From positions 186,001 to 250,000 of the forward strand of contig AP039696.1 of assembly GCA_051599415.1 (NCBI GenBank): a stretch of DNA of 64,000 nt, in the 5' to 3' direction. The notes under the pieces were generated by a model. That model worked only from the letters and a program-made list of their open reading frames with translations. It had not been told where the DNA came from and searched no databases. Numbering within the stretch: the stretch's first letter is position 1; each line of letters begins with the position of its first letter. This document shows positions 19,870-30,772 of the stretch, one piece after another. This DNA is from Savitreella phatthalungensis. Taxonomy: Eukaryota. Both the position numbers and the translations under genes were made by a program.

Positions 19870-20844
19870 TTAGTGGTCATTACCACAGGTCTTCATCCTC
19901 TCGATTGCTTCTTTGGGACACTGGATCTGGTTGTATTGGACGACAGGGTTGTCCCATGCATCACCATTGAAGATACGAGTCTTTGTGCTCATGTCAAAAT
20001 GGACCTTGTAGCCGTGGAGGTTGCTGACGCCTGCTTTGGTGCACCATGAGGAAGGTCCGCCGTCAGGACAAAGATTGGTGATGAGAACCTTGACCTTGGT
20101 CCCTGGCTTGCTGCCGAGACCGGCATTGTCAGGAGCCTTACCCGTGGAGGTGAGCTCGTAGCAGAGTCCGCAGCCCTGTCCGAGCCAGGTAGTGGTGCCA
20201 AAGATACCAGGAGAGCCTGCGGCCTGGTACAGGGTAGTACCATCGCTGAGCTTCATGCCAAAGTCGGCGTCCTTGACATAGCAGCCGCACGCGTTCTTGC
20301 CTCCATCCTGGTATGTAGTTGTGCTTGCGAGCCCAGACGTCGGAACACCAGGCTGAGACTTGGGATTAGCGAAGAGATTGGTAGTGTCAGAAGCACTCTG
20401 GCTAACCTTCATGTCAGACTGGGCGGAGGGCATAAGCTCGCCTGGAAGCTTGGAAACCTCTGCCGATGGACCCGAGGGTGTACCAGCACCAGTCGATGAC
20501 GACAAAGCGGAGGACTTGAACGTGGAGGGACGTGTGCGGGCAGCCGGCAGTGTGACAGCCGGCAGGGACGGGCTGGAAGCTGAATTGGAGATCCATGCTG
20601 CGCTGTCAGAGTCTGTGCTCGATGAGTACGAGGTCAAAGCTAGGCTCTTTGACGAAGATGCGCTAGGCGGTATGTTTGTGACTGAGAGAGCAACAGAAGG
20701 TAAGACTGGTGAACGACTCGGAGTAAGAATGGAAGAAACTCTGGGCTTCTTACAAGTCTTTGTATCCTTGTGTCTCTTCTGCATGGTGGCAGCGTCAGCG
20801 AGCGCTAGGACTGCCAGGATTGCTGACAGTGATGGGAGATGCAT
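19870..20844 (-). CDS. Secreted GH45 subfamily B (Trichoderma Cel45A/EGV-like) endoglucanase
   Basis: Signal peptide, Ser/Thr/Pro linker, TTTYQDG..ACGC, AAGS..F, GCGLCYELTSTG, ITNLCP, WC, GYKVHFD. Confidence 0.85.
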   Translation of the reverse strand: MHLPSLSAILAVLALADAATMQKRHKDTKTCKKPRVSSILTPSRSPVLPSVALSVTNIPPSASSSKSLALTSYSSSTDSDSAAWISNSASSPSLPAVTLPAARTRPSTFKSSALSSSTGAGTPSGPSAEVSKLPGELMPSAQSDMKVSQSASDTTNLFANPKSQPGVPTSGLASTTTYQDGGKNACGCYVKDADFGMKLSDGTTLYQAAGSPGIFGTTTWLGQGCGLCYELTSTGKAPDNAGLGSKPGTKVKVLITNLCPDGGPSSWCTKAGVSNLHGYKVHFDMSTKTRIFNGDAWDNPVVQYNQIQCPKEAIERMKTCGNDH

Positions 20845-21202
20845 CGTCGACGTCTGTCAGTCCGAGGAAAGTCTGCAGGGGAGCCTGAGGAGAATCTGAG
20901 GGGTGTCTGTGTGTTTGACTAAATCTCGAGAAGTGTCCCTTTAAGTATCCTGATGATTGAGTGGCCGTTTTGATGTGAACACTGGTGGTGGAAGATTAGA
21001 TTAGAACGATCATCATTTCCCTTCGAGAACTTTGTCATCTCATCTCCTTGATATCATCCTGTGACGGAAGTCAAATGAAGTTCATCTCCGAGCGTGACAG
21101 CAGCTTGCGTGGAAGAAGCGTATGACTCTGTGAACCGACTCGAGGCATGTGAGAAGATGACCTCCCAATGTGGCCATTCGCGTGCTTACTCCACGCCTCC
21201 TG

Positions 21203-21880
21203 TTACAGCTGAATGACTTGCGCGTGCGGTAAGTTCTGGGACTGTTTGAGGGTGTGCCAACGGACGACGAACCTGTCGACGAGCAGGGATCCTGCACGAG
21301 CAAATATTTTGCCCGTGAGGGACAACGTGTCGACGCGAGCGAATGACTCGAAGAAGATGATGCGGGATTGTTTGATCTGAAGCCAATCAAGAAGTCTTGC
21401 AGCGAGTACGATCGGGACGCATGTGCCCGGTCCATTGCAGACGACCAAGTCAGGTTTGTCCTGGCTGATTCGCCGGAGACATGCAATGGCTGATTGACAT
21501 GTGGTGAAAGGAGTCGATAGCCAGCTCTGCTTGACCATACGTGCTCTGGGGAGGACAAAGATGTCATACTTGCCCTTGCCTGCGAGTCCGCTCTCTAGAC
21601 GATTTGCCCTTTCGGCAGAGAGTCCATCGCCAGATGTGATATAGTATAGCCTGCGGTTGAATTTGGCTAAATCCATGGTGTGAAGCATGCGCATCATCTC
21701 AGCTGTGTGACCGCCACTGCCGAGGACGACGACCAGGGTTGGTGTGTCGTGTTTATGGTTGATTTTAGCTTGGGAAGCGCGTGAGCTGAGGATGATGAAG
21801 GTGTAGATGGTAGCGATGATGAGGAGAAAGGAGATGAGGGGTCCGATAAAGAAGGCCGATAATCCCATGTGTGTCATCAT
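21203..21880 (-). CDS. ALG14: UDP-GlcNAc transferase subunit Alg14
   Basis: N-terminal TM, VVLGSGGHTAEM, PRAR.VKQSW, CNGPGTCVP, FFESFARVDTLSLTGKI. Confidence 0.95.
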   Translation of the reverse strand: MMTHMGLSAFFIGPLISFLLIIATIYTFIILSSRASQAKINHKHDTPTLVVVLGSGGHTAEMMRMLHTMDLAKFNRRLYYITSGDGLSAERANRLESGLAGKGKYDIFVLPRARMVKQSWLSTPFTTCQSAIACLRRISQDKPDLVVCNGPGTCVPIVLAARLLDWLQIKQSRIIFFESFARVDTLSLTGKIFARAGSLLVDRFVVRWHTLKQSQNLPHAQVIQL

Positions 21881-23410
21881 GCTCTCAATGAAATTGGTTC
21901 CATGGGTTAGTTCCGATGAGGAGCAAGAGAGCTGTAGGGTATAGGTTGCTTAATCGAGGGCAATGATGAGAATACACCCGTCGGTCGCTATCTCGTGAAG
22001 TTGCTTGGCTTGAGCTCCTTGTAATGATTCAAAGCGTTCTGAACAGCCAGAGCGGGCGAGAGCCACGACTCTACTACTTCGGCGCTCTGAGTCAACGCTG
22101 TCCTGCAACGTAGAGTATATATTGTGCGTGACAGGGATGCCAAGCTTTTGTCCATGCACGTGTATTCGATTGTGATTGTGATTGTGATATTTTGTGATCA
22201 ACCTCGATCGAATTTGATCTTTTCACTGTCTGGAGTGATAGATGCACGATTTGACTTGTCCGGTCGATCGTGCATAAATCTAAGCTCGACTTGTAGCTCA
22301 GCTGTCTACGAGGCTGAATTCGAGGCTGACTATGCACAGCACTTGCGGATCTGTAGTGTGTACAGTGCAGTGGTGGTCACCCTGATCAATAGTGCTCTAT
22401 GTGCATGAGCAAGTGAGCAAGTGAGCAAATGGCTCATACAAGTCCCCAAGGAATGAACAAGAAAGGGTTTCATGTTGTGTTTCAGGGAGTGTTTCATGTG
22501 AATTTCACTCTAGATTGATTACTGACGCGATCTTCTTTGACTTTGTGCATGAAGCCAGAATGCTGATCATCGGCTTAGAACAGCGCATTCATGTCGTGAA
22601 AGGCAGGGTCACTGACTGGAGGTCTAGCAAATTCATTTGACACGTGACTGACATAGGACGCTATATATATCTAGCAATCCGGCTGAGTGGGTGACTGGCT
22701 GACTGACTGGCCGACTGTTTGACCAGCTGGACGAGCGAACAGTCTCTAACACGAATAGCAACCAGGGGCGGCGCAAGTACCAGGCAGCTGCAGGGCAATG
22801 ACTAAATGCACGCCACAAATGTCGACGCAGATCTCATTGAACGCCTGACTATAGAACGGTGCATCCAACTGAAAGTTTATCGATTCCTAATACTCGGACA
22901 CGTGTCAGTTGGAACTTCAGTCTTGACTCTACTGAATTGAGTATAGAACAGGTGAATGCACAAAATCAGTTAGCTCATTTCGTGCTTGACTGGTATCGTT
23001 GTACTGCATGCACTCGAAATTAGGAATCAGATTTCCCACGATCATCTTTTGAACGCTTTTGCCTTGTCGAATGAGTCCTGGGTGTGTGGGTGTGTTTGCA
23101 GGATGCAGCAACTGTGCAGGTAGTAGGTAGTCAGTCAGTCATACACTCACTCACTCACTCACTCACACTACCCACTGTGTCAGTGAGAGAGTTCTCTGCT
23201 CTACTCGCCAGAGACCGAGAGCTCTCTCCATTCCTCCCTCTGTGGATCTCCTGTCTATGCCTGTGATACCCTCTACGCGCTAGCTGTGCACGTTACTCAC
23301 TCCGCCAGAGATCCTCCCGAGACCCATTGACCGCCTGGTAGTACTACCAGTTACTACTCAAAGAAGACTACTTGATCTCCCTTCCTGTCCTATCAACAAC
23401 CTCACTCAGC

Positions 23411-24181
23411 ATGTCGACCCAGATCATCAGCAAGAAGAGAAAGTTCGTAGCAGACGGTGTGTTCTACGCCGAGCTCAACCAGTTCTTCACCAACGAGCTC
23501 GCAGAGGAGGGTTACGCTGGTACAGAGGTCCGTGTCACACCAGCACGCACAGAGATCATCATCCGCGCGACCCACACCCAGGAAGTCCTCGGAGAGAAGG
23601 GACGTCGTATTCGTGAGCTCACCGCCCTCGTCCAGAAGCGTTTCCGTTTCCCGAAGGACACCGTCGAGCTGTATGCAGAGAAGGTTCAGAACCGTGGCCT
23701 GTGTGCCGTCGCCCAGTGCGAGTCCCTGCGCTACAAGCTCCTCGCTGGTCTGGCCGTCCGCCGTGCAGCCTACGGTGTCGTTCGCTTCATCATGGAGTCT
23801 GGCGCGAAGGGATGTGAGGTTGTCATCTCCGGCAAGCTCCGTGCAGCTCGTGCCAAGTCGATGAAGTTCATCGACGGTTTCATGATCCACTCCGGACAGC
23901 CAGTCCGGGACTTCATTGACACCGCCACCCGTCACGTCCTTCTCCGTCAGGGTGTCCTCGGTGTCAAGGTCAAGATCATGAAGGGATCTGACCCAGAGGG
24001 CCGCATCGGCGTCAACAAGATTCTCCCAGACGCCGTCACCATCATCGAGCCAAAGCCAGAAAAGGTGATCGAGGCTCCTTCCACCGAGGACTTCCGTCCC
24101 GCAGCACCCGTCCAGCCAGAGCAGCAGCAGCAGCAGCCACAGTCTGCCGGCGACGAGTACGCTCAGCAGGCTCAGCAGTAA
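23411..24181 (+). CDS. RPS3: 40S ribosomal protein uS3 (S3), intronless
   Basis: [48 protein letters not shown]; first ATG at 23411. Confidence 0.98.
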   Translation: MSTQIISKKRKFVADGVFYAELNQFFTNELAEEGYAGTEVRVTPARTEIIIRATHTQEVLGEKGRRIRELTALVQKRFRFPKDTVELYAEKVQNRGLCAVAQCESLRYKLLAGLAVRRAAYGVVRFIMESGAKGCEVVISGKLRAARAKSMKFIDGFMIHSGQPVRDFIDTATRHVLLRQGVLGVKVKIMKGSDPEGRIGVNKILPDAVTIIEPKPEKVIEAPSTEDFRPAAPVQPEQQQQQPQSAGDEYAQQAQQ

Positions 24182-24393
24182 AGAGGTTGATCATTACCAC
24201 CACATCTTGGATCTTCGCCTCTCTCTATATCACTCTCTACGACCCAGTCGATACGATTCCCATTTACTTTTCAAATCCCTGTCTCATTCTCGTGTCTTGT
24301 CTCGTTCTCTCCCTCTGGAACATTTGTACATGGATTGTCATTAAACTATCTATCCTCCCTGCAATCGAGACCCAGAGATCCTTGTGACCTGGT

Positions 24394-24699
24394 CTACTCC
24401 TTCCGAGCTCGCTCTTCAAGCCTGACGCGGTCGGTCGACGTTCCCCTAGTGACTAGATTTCTCGCGAGCAGATCTCGATCTGCCTCTGACAATCCCACTC
24501 CCTCATCTCTGCCACCTGCCATCACCATCGCCTCCTGCTCCTGCGCCTGCTGCTGGAGCAACTGCTGCTCCACCCGATCCGTGATCCACAGTCCCAAGAG
24601 CGATGTGCACATCAACCCAATTCCAACACCGATTCGCTGTCGTCCCGTCAGACGCAGATACGCTCTGAATACATTGTCCTTTGGCGGTCGATCTGCCAT
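24394..24699 (-). CDS. Small single-TM hypothetical protein
   Basis: 101-aa ATG-initiated ORF with one hydrophobic helix (RIGVGIGLMCTSLLGLWITD) filling the gap between RPS3 and the permease. Confidence 0.55.
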   Translation of the reverse strand: MADRPPKDNVFRAYLRLTGRQRIGVGIGLMCTSLLGLWITDRVEQQLLQQQAQEQEAMVMAGGRDEGVGLSEADRDLLARNLVTRGTSTDRVRLEERARKE

Positions 24700-24930
24700 C
24701 TGTACGCAGCCTTTCTACCTTCGGTGATGCGTCTACTCATGTCTTCTTGTGTAGTGTGTAGTGACAAGGGTTGACCTGGGACAAAGGACCTGGAAATTCA
24801 GGCGGCGGCTCCACACCTCACGTCACCTTCACTTAATACAGAGATCTCGATCTTTCACCCGGTGGCAGTACAAAATAGAGACGCGTTCCGGAAGCTACTT
24901 ACACCCCAGTAATGTGATGGCATCGCAGTG

Positions 24931-26589
24931 ATGGACACAAGGTCATGGGTGCGTGGATCTTCCTCCGATGCTGCGATGGGAGATCGGCCTGAGATTGAGC
25001 TGGCTTCTCTCGCATCTTCGTCTGAGGAGGAAGGTAGTGGAGTGACTGGTTCGCGAAGCTCTCGGTCGAGCTTGCGGTCTGGAGACCCATTCCACTATGG
25101 TGATCAGTCAGCTGCTGATCTTCCACTCTCTCCAAGCTGCGACGACGACGACCTCGACCTCGATCTCGAACATCCATCTTCCCAGACACAGCCACCGAAG
25201 ACACTAGGCTTCACCTCAGCACTCGGTCTCGTCATCGGACTTCAGATCGGCAGCGGCATCTTCAGCACCCCAGGTCTGATTGCTGGGGTCGGTAGCGGTG
25301 GAGGTAGTTTGGTTGTGTGGGTTGTGAGTGGCATGCTGGCTTGGAGTGGTGCGTCGTCGTTTGGGGAGCTTGGTGCTGCGCTGCCTGAGAATGGTGGCAT
25401 GCACGCTTACCTGCGGTTTGTGTATGGTCGACTTGCTTCCTTCCTATTCTCGTGGGTGGGTCTGCTATGTCTGAAGCCTGGTGGGACGGCAATCATCGCC
25501 ACTGTCACGGCAGAGTACATCCTCGCGCTCCTCGCCGGTCATTCCCCTGACACCAGAACCTCGACAAACCCGTGGAAGAAACTGGTCACGGACCTCGTAG
25601 CCATCGCATGTCTCGCAGCAGCCTCAGCCCTCGTCATTTTGGGATCCACACTCGCCACCCGTGTCAACGATCTCCTAGTTGTAGGCAAGCTGGGCGCGCT
25701 GGCAGCCGTCTTTGCCATGGGTATCTTTGCCATTGCTACAGGAGAAGGCGTCCTCGACATCTCCTTCCGCGGGACGACAAGTGATCCTTCCGCATGGGCT
25801 GTTGCGCTGATGAGTGGTTTGTGGGCGTTTGATGGATGGGATAATTGCTGCTACGTTGCGAACGAGATGGTCTCTCCATCACGTGACATTCCGCGGGTCG
25901 TCAATACAGCGACACCGACGGTGACAGCGATGTACGTGCTTGCAAATATCGCCTACTTCGCCGTCCTCCCGCTGGCTGCCATTCAGCGCACGCACGCCGT
26001 CGCGCTCGATTTTGGCAAGAAAGTCGGCGGCCCAATCGCTGCATTCATCCTCGCACTCGCCGTCATCGCATCCTCACTAGGCGCAATCCTCTCGACCACA
26101 TTCACGACTGCCAGACTCGTCGCTGCCTCTGCCGATCAGGCGGAGATCCCGAGATTCCTTGGCAGACGACACCGTGGGTCAAACACGCCGCGAAACGCAG
26201 TCGTGTTCCAGCTGCTCCTGAGCGCTGCCTACGTCCTCGCAGGCAATTTCGAACGGCTCGTCGCCTTCTACGGTATCGCAGCCTGGCTTTTCTTCGGTGC
26301 AACCGCTTTTGCGGTCGTCCTGCTGCGCATACCGTCCTTGAGGTTCCCGTTGCTGCAAGAGGTCGATGTTGCCGGTACTGTGCAGCCACAGGTCAGCGGC
26401 ACTACGCTGCACAGACCTTACACAGTCCCGCTGCTTCTGCCGGCCCTATTCTCCATAGTCGCTCTCTGGCTCGTCCTCCAAACAGCTTGGTCGGCACCCG
26501 TCGAAGGAGCTATCGGTCTGGTCTTCCTCGCGGCAGGCATTCCCGTCTACTACCTGAGTGTTCGCAAAGCCAAACGTGCTCACACGTGA
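24931..26589 (+). CDS. APC-superfamily L-type amino acid permease (LAT/Mup-like)
   Basis: IGLQIGSGIFSTPG, FGELGAALPENGG..AYL, GLWAFDGWDN, HRPYTVP; ~12 TM. Confidence 0.9.
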   Translation: MDTRSWVRGSSSDAAMGDRPEIELASLASSSEEEGSGVTGSRSSRSSLRSGDPFHYGDQSAADLPLSPSCDDDDLDLDLEHPSSQTQPPKTLGFTSALGLVIGLQIGSGIFSTPGLIAGVGSGGGSLVVWVVSGMLAWSGASSFGELGAALPENGGMHAYLRFVYGRLASFLFSWVGLLCLKPGGTAIIATVTAEYILALLAGHSPDTRTSTNPWKKLVTDLVAIACLAAASALVILGSTLATRVNDLLVVGKLGALAAVFAMGIFAIATGEGVLDISFRGTTSDPSAWAVALMSGLWAFDGWDNCCYVANEMVSPSRDIPRVVNTATPTVTAMYVLANIAYFAVLPLAAIQRTHAVALDFGKKVGGPIAAFILALAVIASSLGAILSTTFTTARLVAASADQAEIPRFLGRRHRGSNTPRNAVVFQLLLSAAYVLAGNFERLVAFYGIAAWLFFGATAFAVVLLRIPSLRFPLLQEVDVAGTVQPQVSGTTLHRPYTVPLLLPALFSIVALWLVLQTAWSAPVEGAIGLVFLAAGIPVYYLSVRKAKRAHT

Positions 26590-27672
26590 AATCATACGCC
26601 ACAGAGGCGGACTTGGCAACAGCAATGTCGATACAGGAGCGACGGTGACCGCAGCCGTCGGAACAGTCGATGGCGTCGGTGGGTCGGGAGATGCGTACGT
26701 CAGCGATAGGATTGAGCGGTCGCAGATCCGAGAGCCGTCGCTCGATTGGCTGTCGGTGTGCGTGGGACATGGGGCAGGGCGCCTGAGGAGGGTTGCTGTG
26801 GATGCCAGTGCGGGAACCGGGTTGAAGCGTTTGATCGCTGCATGCTCGAGACCACGCCGATGCCGGCGGACGTTGTGGAGGTGGAGGAAATATCCGCCAA
26901 AGTCAGGCGCTGTCGCGAGGACGACGGACAAGCAGGTCTCCAGCATCAGCCAGAAGCACAGCTTCCTCAACCGCCGGACAGCATCGACATCGTCATCCTG
27001 CATCGTCCGTCCGTACACCACAGCACGAGCCACAGACACACCAGCCTCCGCAATCCCTGTCGAGAAGAGCAACCCGAGCAGCGCCAGATTGTACGCAGGC
27101 ACGACCTTCCGCGCCTCGTACAGTGGCTTGAGTGGGTACATCGCGAGGAGGACGCCGAGGAGTGCGTTGGCGGTACACTGAACGATGGCGAATCTGTCGA
27201 ATCTACACCTGTCGGAGGTCGTGGCCGGGCAGGCGAGTGGGAGTGCGACGATGCTAGCTGCGAAGGAGATGGCGATGGCGGCAAGTAAGCCCGGATTGAC
27301 GTACCTGTATGCGCGGATGCGTCCGAACGACATATACAGCAGAGCGATCGACATCTTGATCGCATGGGAAGACGCCGTCGAGATGTAGCTGCAGATCAGC
27401 AGAAACCGCGTCAAGTCAGTTCCGTGCCGAACGAACGACCAGCCCGCGACACCAGCCATCGCCATACTCCCGGCCCACCCGACCAAAAGCCAACCCTGCT
27501 GGCCCCATGTCCAAAGCCTCCGGTATAGCTTCAGCCCAGCATGGAGCACTACAATAACGCTGCACACGCCAGCCAGAAGATAGATCTCCCAGACGATAAT
27601 TCGTGGATGCTTTAGCACCAGAGGGACATGTACGAATTCGGTCTCGCCATCAGCAGGCAGCTGGAAAAACAT
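26446..27672 (-). CDS. Pth11-like (fungal rhodopsin-domain) integral membrane protein
   Basis: IKMSIALLY, C..., NALLGVLLAMYPL, LFSTG...VSVAR, W.MLETCLSVVLATAP pattern. Confidence 0.7.
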   Translation of the reverse strand: MFFQLPADGETEFVHVPLVLKHPRIIVWEIYLLAGVCSVIVVLHAGLKLYRRLWTWGQQGWLLVGWAGSMAMAGVAGWSFVRHGTDLTRFLLICSYISTASSHAIKMSIALLYMSFGRIRAYRYVNPGLLAAIAISFAASIVALPLACPATTSDRCRFDRFAIVQCTANALLGVLLAMYPLKPLYEARKVVPAYNLALLGLLFSTGIAEAGVSVARAVVYGRTMQDDDVDAVRRLRKLCFWLMLETCLSVVLATAPDFGGYFLHLHNVRRHRRGLEHAAIKRFNPVPALASTATLLRRPAPCPTHTDSQSSDGSRICDRSILSLTYASPDPPTPSTVPTAAVTVAPVSTLLLPSPPLWRMISRVSTFGFANTQVVDGNACREEDQTDSSFDGCRPSCLEDEPESDYGE

Positions 27673-27821
27673 GTCGGATATGGTCTTTCGACGTACAGTG
27701 CAAGTTCAGGTAAGCGCATGCGTCCCAAAAGTAGACCTCCCTCACCGGCAAACATCATGCCCCATCAATCAACATCCTATTGCAGGTGACTCAAAGTCGC
27801 ACGCATCTCGTTGCCCCTTAA

Positions 27822-28376
27822 TCAACTCCTCACACGGACGCCCCAATCGCCCTTGGCGAAGGATGACTCGACAGGCTTGCCCTCCTGGACGCAGTCGAAT
27901 CTAGCATTCTGAAGCTTCGTCAGGATCTCGCTGTCGTGCTCGGTCGACATGACTCCCTCGAGCTTGCTGTGCGGTGGCACGCCGAATGCCACAAGTCGTC
28001 TACCGGCCCTCCGAACGCGTTCTCGCTCCCTGGCTTCCCGATTGCCACGCTCAGCAGGCGTCTCGTCAGCTCTCGTCTCCCGATCGCCGTACACCTGCTG
28101 CTCCACGTCACAACACAGCACGCCATCCCTGTGTGTACTCCCAGCACCACGAGCCATGCAGAGCTCTCTCAGAAAAGCGAGCTCGATGCTACGGTCGAAT
28201 TTGTTAGGAGAATCCCTGCGGCATGTGGTCGAGCAGTACTTGACTTCATTCGCAGGCTTCACAGGAGCTGTGTCAGAGGGTTTGACAGTGCTAGAGGCTT
28301 TGCCTTTGGCTGACTTGCCTCGGGATGACATGATTCGTCCACACGTCTGACATATCTTTGCAGCTCCAGTCGACAT
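27822..28376 (-). CDS. DUF2256 + DUF3253-like zinc-binding protein
   Basis: KICQTCGR...EVKYCSTTCRR, then RVRRAGRRLV and QEGKPVESSFAKG. Confidence 0.7.
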   Translation of the reverse strand: MSTGAAKICQTCGRIMSSRGKSAKGKASSTVKPSDTAPVKPANEVKYCSTTCRRDSPNKFDRSIELAFLRELCMARGAGSTHRDGVLCCDVEQQVYGDRETRADETPAERGNREARERERVRRAGRRLVAFGVPPHSKLEGVMSTEHDSEILTKLQNARFDCVQEGKPVESSFAKGDWGVRVRS

Positions 28377-28783
28377 TTCTATCGAAGTGATATCAATAGT
28401 GAGGCATCAGCTCATCAGCATGCTGTAGGTCCAGTATCACGTAGACCCAGAGCTTATTTGTACCTTGTATGGTGAATGTGTTCGTGTATGAGGATGACGT
28501 CGACGTTGATGTTTGTGTCACGTGTGGCTACACGTGTTTCTAACCCCAGATTTCTATGGAGCCGGAGTCTGACTGAGTTAAGTTGAAACTCGTACGGGGA
28601 AAGCCGAACTTCATTCAGTTCACACTTTGTCGACCTCGCACGCACGTACTTCAACATTGTAGAACACATCCTCCCACAAACACACGCGCATCTACACTGG
28701 AGCGCTTCGTCTTCATTGTCAGATTGCTCAGGGGTACAAAGGAGTGTTACTAAAGGGAGGGTTAGGAAGTCCTCATACATACC

Positions 28784-30397
28784 ATGCAGCTATCGGGTCT
28801 GACACCGCTTGCAGACAGCTGTATACGTGATGCTGCTGCTTTCAAGTCAAATGAGCAGTCGTGGTCGGCACTTCTGAAAGAGCTCGACCAAAAGACAAGC
28901 TACTCAAGAGGCCAAGGTGCTCAGATTTATCTGGATCGGCATGTTCAGCGTGGGATGCTGCTTGCGCGTGATCGCATTTCACTCCTGCTCGATGAAGACT
29001 CGCCCTGGCTCGAGCTTCTCCCGTTCGCAGGATTAGATCTCCCAGATGAGCCACCGTGTGCGAATCTGATTGCCGGCATTGGGCGCGTCTCCAACCAGAT
29101 CGTCCTTGTCCTCTCCCACATCCCGACAATCAATGGCGGCGCCTGGTCGGAGCACATGGTGAAGAAGCAGGTCAGGGTGATGGAGATTGCAACGGAGAAC
29201 AGGCTGCCGGTTGTTGCTCTCGTTCAGTCTGCAGGTGTATTCCTGCCGAACCAATTCAAGATCTTCCATCCAGGCGGCCAGATCTTCCACGACCTCGTCA
29301 ACCACTCTCTCCAGGGCCTCGGCTCCTGCTCGATTGTCTTTGGCAGCGGCACGGCCGGCGGCGCATATCAGCCTGGACTGTCGAGCCACGCGATCTACGT
29401 CGAAAGGCAGGCACAGGTATTCCTCGGTGGCCCACCGCTTGTCAAGATGGCCACAGGTGAGGAAATTTCCTCTGAGGAGCTCGGGGGAGCGTCCATGCAT
29501 TCGAAGATTTCCGGCGTTAGCGACGAGCTCGCGATGACAGAGTTTGACGCGATTGCAAAGGCACGCGAGTGGGTCACCTCGCTCGCACTGACTCAGGTCG
29601 CCCGTCAGAAGTCCTTCGTACCACCACGTCTGTCAGAAGCTGATCTTCTAGGCCTCGTCAGTACTAACCTCAAGACACCATTCGACATGCTCCAGGTGAT
29701 CGCACGCCTGGTCGATGACTCTCGCGTCGCCTTGTTCAAGCCGGCCTACGGTGTGAATCTTGTGTGTGCATCTGCTCAGATCCGCGGTCACAACGTTGCC
29801 TTCATCGCCAACAACAACGGCGTCCTGTACAATGCGGAGTCAGACAAGGCAGTCCAGTTCATCATGGCATGCAACGTCCGTCAGGTCCCAATCGTCTTTC
29901 TCCACAACGTCACGGGCTTCATGGTCGGCAGCAAGACCGAGCGCTCTGGCCTGATCAAAGCTGGATCACGCCACGTCGGAGCGATTGTCGCGAGTACAGT
30001 CCCGCACATCTCCATCATCTGCGGCGCGTCCTATGGCGCTGGCAACTACGCCATGTGCGGCCGCTCGTACAGGCCTCGATTCCTCTTCAGCTGGCCAAAC
30101 TCGCGCTGTAGCGTCATGGGCGCACAGCAGCTCTCAGGCGTCCTCTCCACCATCGCCCGCTCCTCAGCAAAGTCAAAGGGAGCCACAGTTGATGAGGAAC
30201 AGGTACTCAAGCGCGAAGAGCAATTCAGGCAGCGCGTCGAACAAGACGGGTCGGTCTACCGCACCTCAGCGGCTCTCCTCGACGATGGAATCATCGACCC
30301 CAGAGACACGAGAGAGGTCCTCGGTATTTGTCTGGACGTGGTCACAAAGGATGGTGTGAACGGTGACCCTGGCATGCGCGGTGTCAGTAGAATGTAG
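28784..30397 (+). CDS. Biotin-dependent acyl-CoA carboxylase, carboxyltransferase (beta) subunit, AtuC/AccD2-like; C-terminal PTS1-like SRM
   Basis: ARDRISLLLD, ENRLP, FGSGTAGGAY, VFLGGPPLVKMATGE..EELGGA.MH, NVTGFMVG, SYGAGNYAMCGR, DDGIIDPRDTR. Confidence 0.9.
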   Translation: MQLSGLTPLADSCIRDAAAFKSNEQSWSALLKELDQKTSYSRGQGAQIYLDRHVQRGMLLARDRISLLLDEDSPWLELLPFAGLDLPDEPPCANLIAGIGRVSNQIVLVLSHIPTINGGAWSEHMVKKQVRVMEIATENRLPVVALVQSAGVFLPNQFKIFHPGGQIFHDLVNHSLQGLGSCSIVFGSGTAGGAYQPGLSSHAIYVERQAQVFLGGPPLVKMATGEEISSEELGGASMHSKISGVSDELAMTEFDAIAKAREWVTSLALTQVARQKSFVPPRLSEADLLGLVSTNLKTPFDMLQVIARLVDDSRVALFKPAYGVNLVCASAQIRGHNVAFIANNNGVLYNAESDKAVQFIMACNVRQVPIVFLHNVTGFMVGSKTERSGLIKAGSRHVGAIVASTVPHISIICGASYGAGNYAMCGRSYRPRFLFSWPNSRCSVMGAQQLSGVLSTIARSSAKSKGATVDEEQVLKREEQFRQRVEQDGSVYRTSAALLDDGIIDPRDTREVLGICLDVVTKDGVNGDPGMRGVSRM

Positions 30398-30772
30398 TGT
30401 AACAATACAACAATCAACCTACCAGCTAATCAAGACTCTGACAACATTCGTTCGTCTGTCGAACAAGTCAGAAACGTTAAGGATCTTCGTCAATCGACAG
30501 TAACTGCACGATGACCAAGCTTAGAGGAGCATTCCAACGTCGAGTGAGTAGTGGGGTCGACGAGAGAGGCGTCAAGTCTCATTCTCAATACGGGCGGCCA
30601 TTATAGTTTGAAACTGAAGATCAATTTTTGTGCAACGTCGAAATGCACCTGTAATATGATTGCATATATGCACAGATGAGTCTGTACAAGGGCTTCAGGC
30701 ACACATTCGAACAAGGTCAACAACACCGCAACATCCTCCTGCAGTCCTCCTGTACTGGTGTCTGTACTGCTC

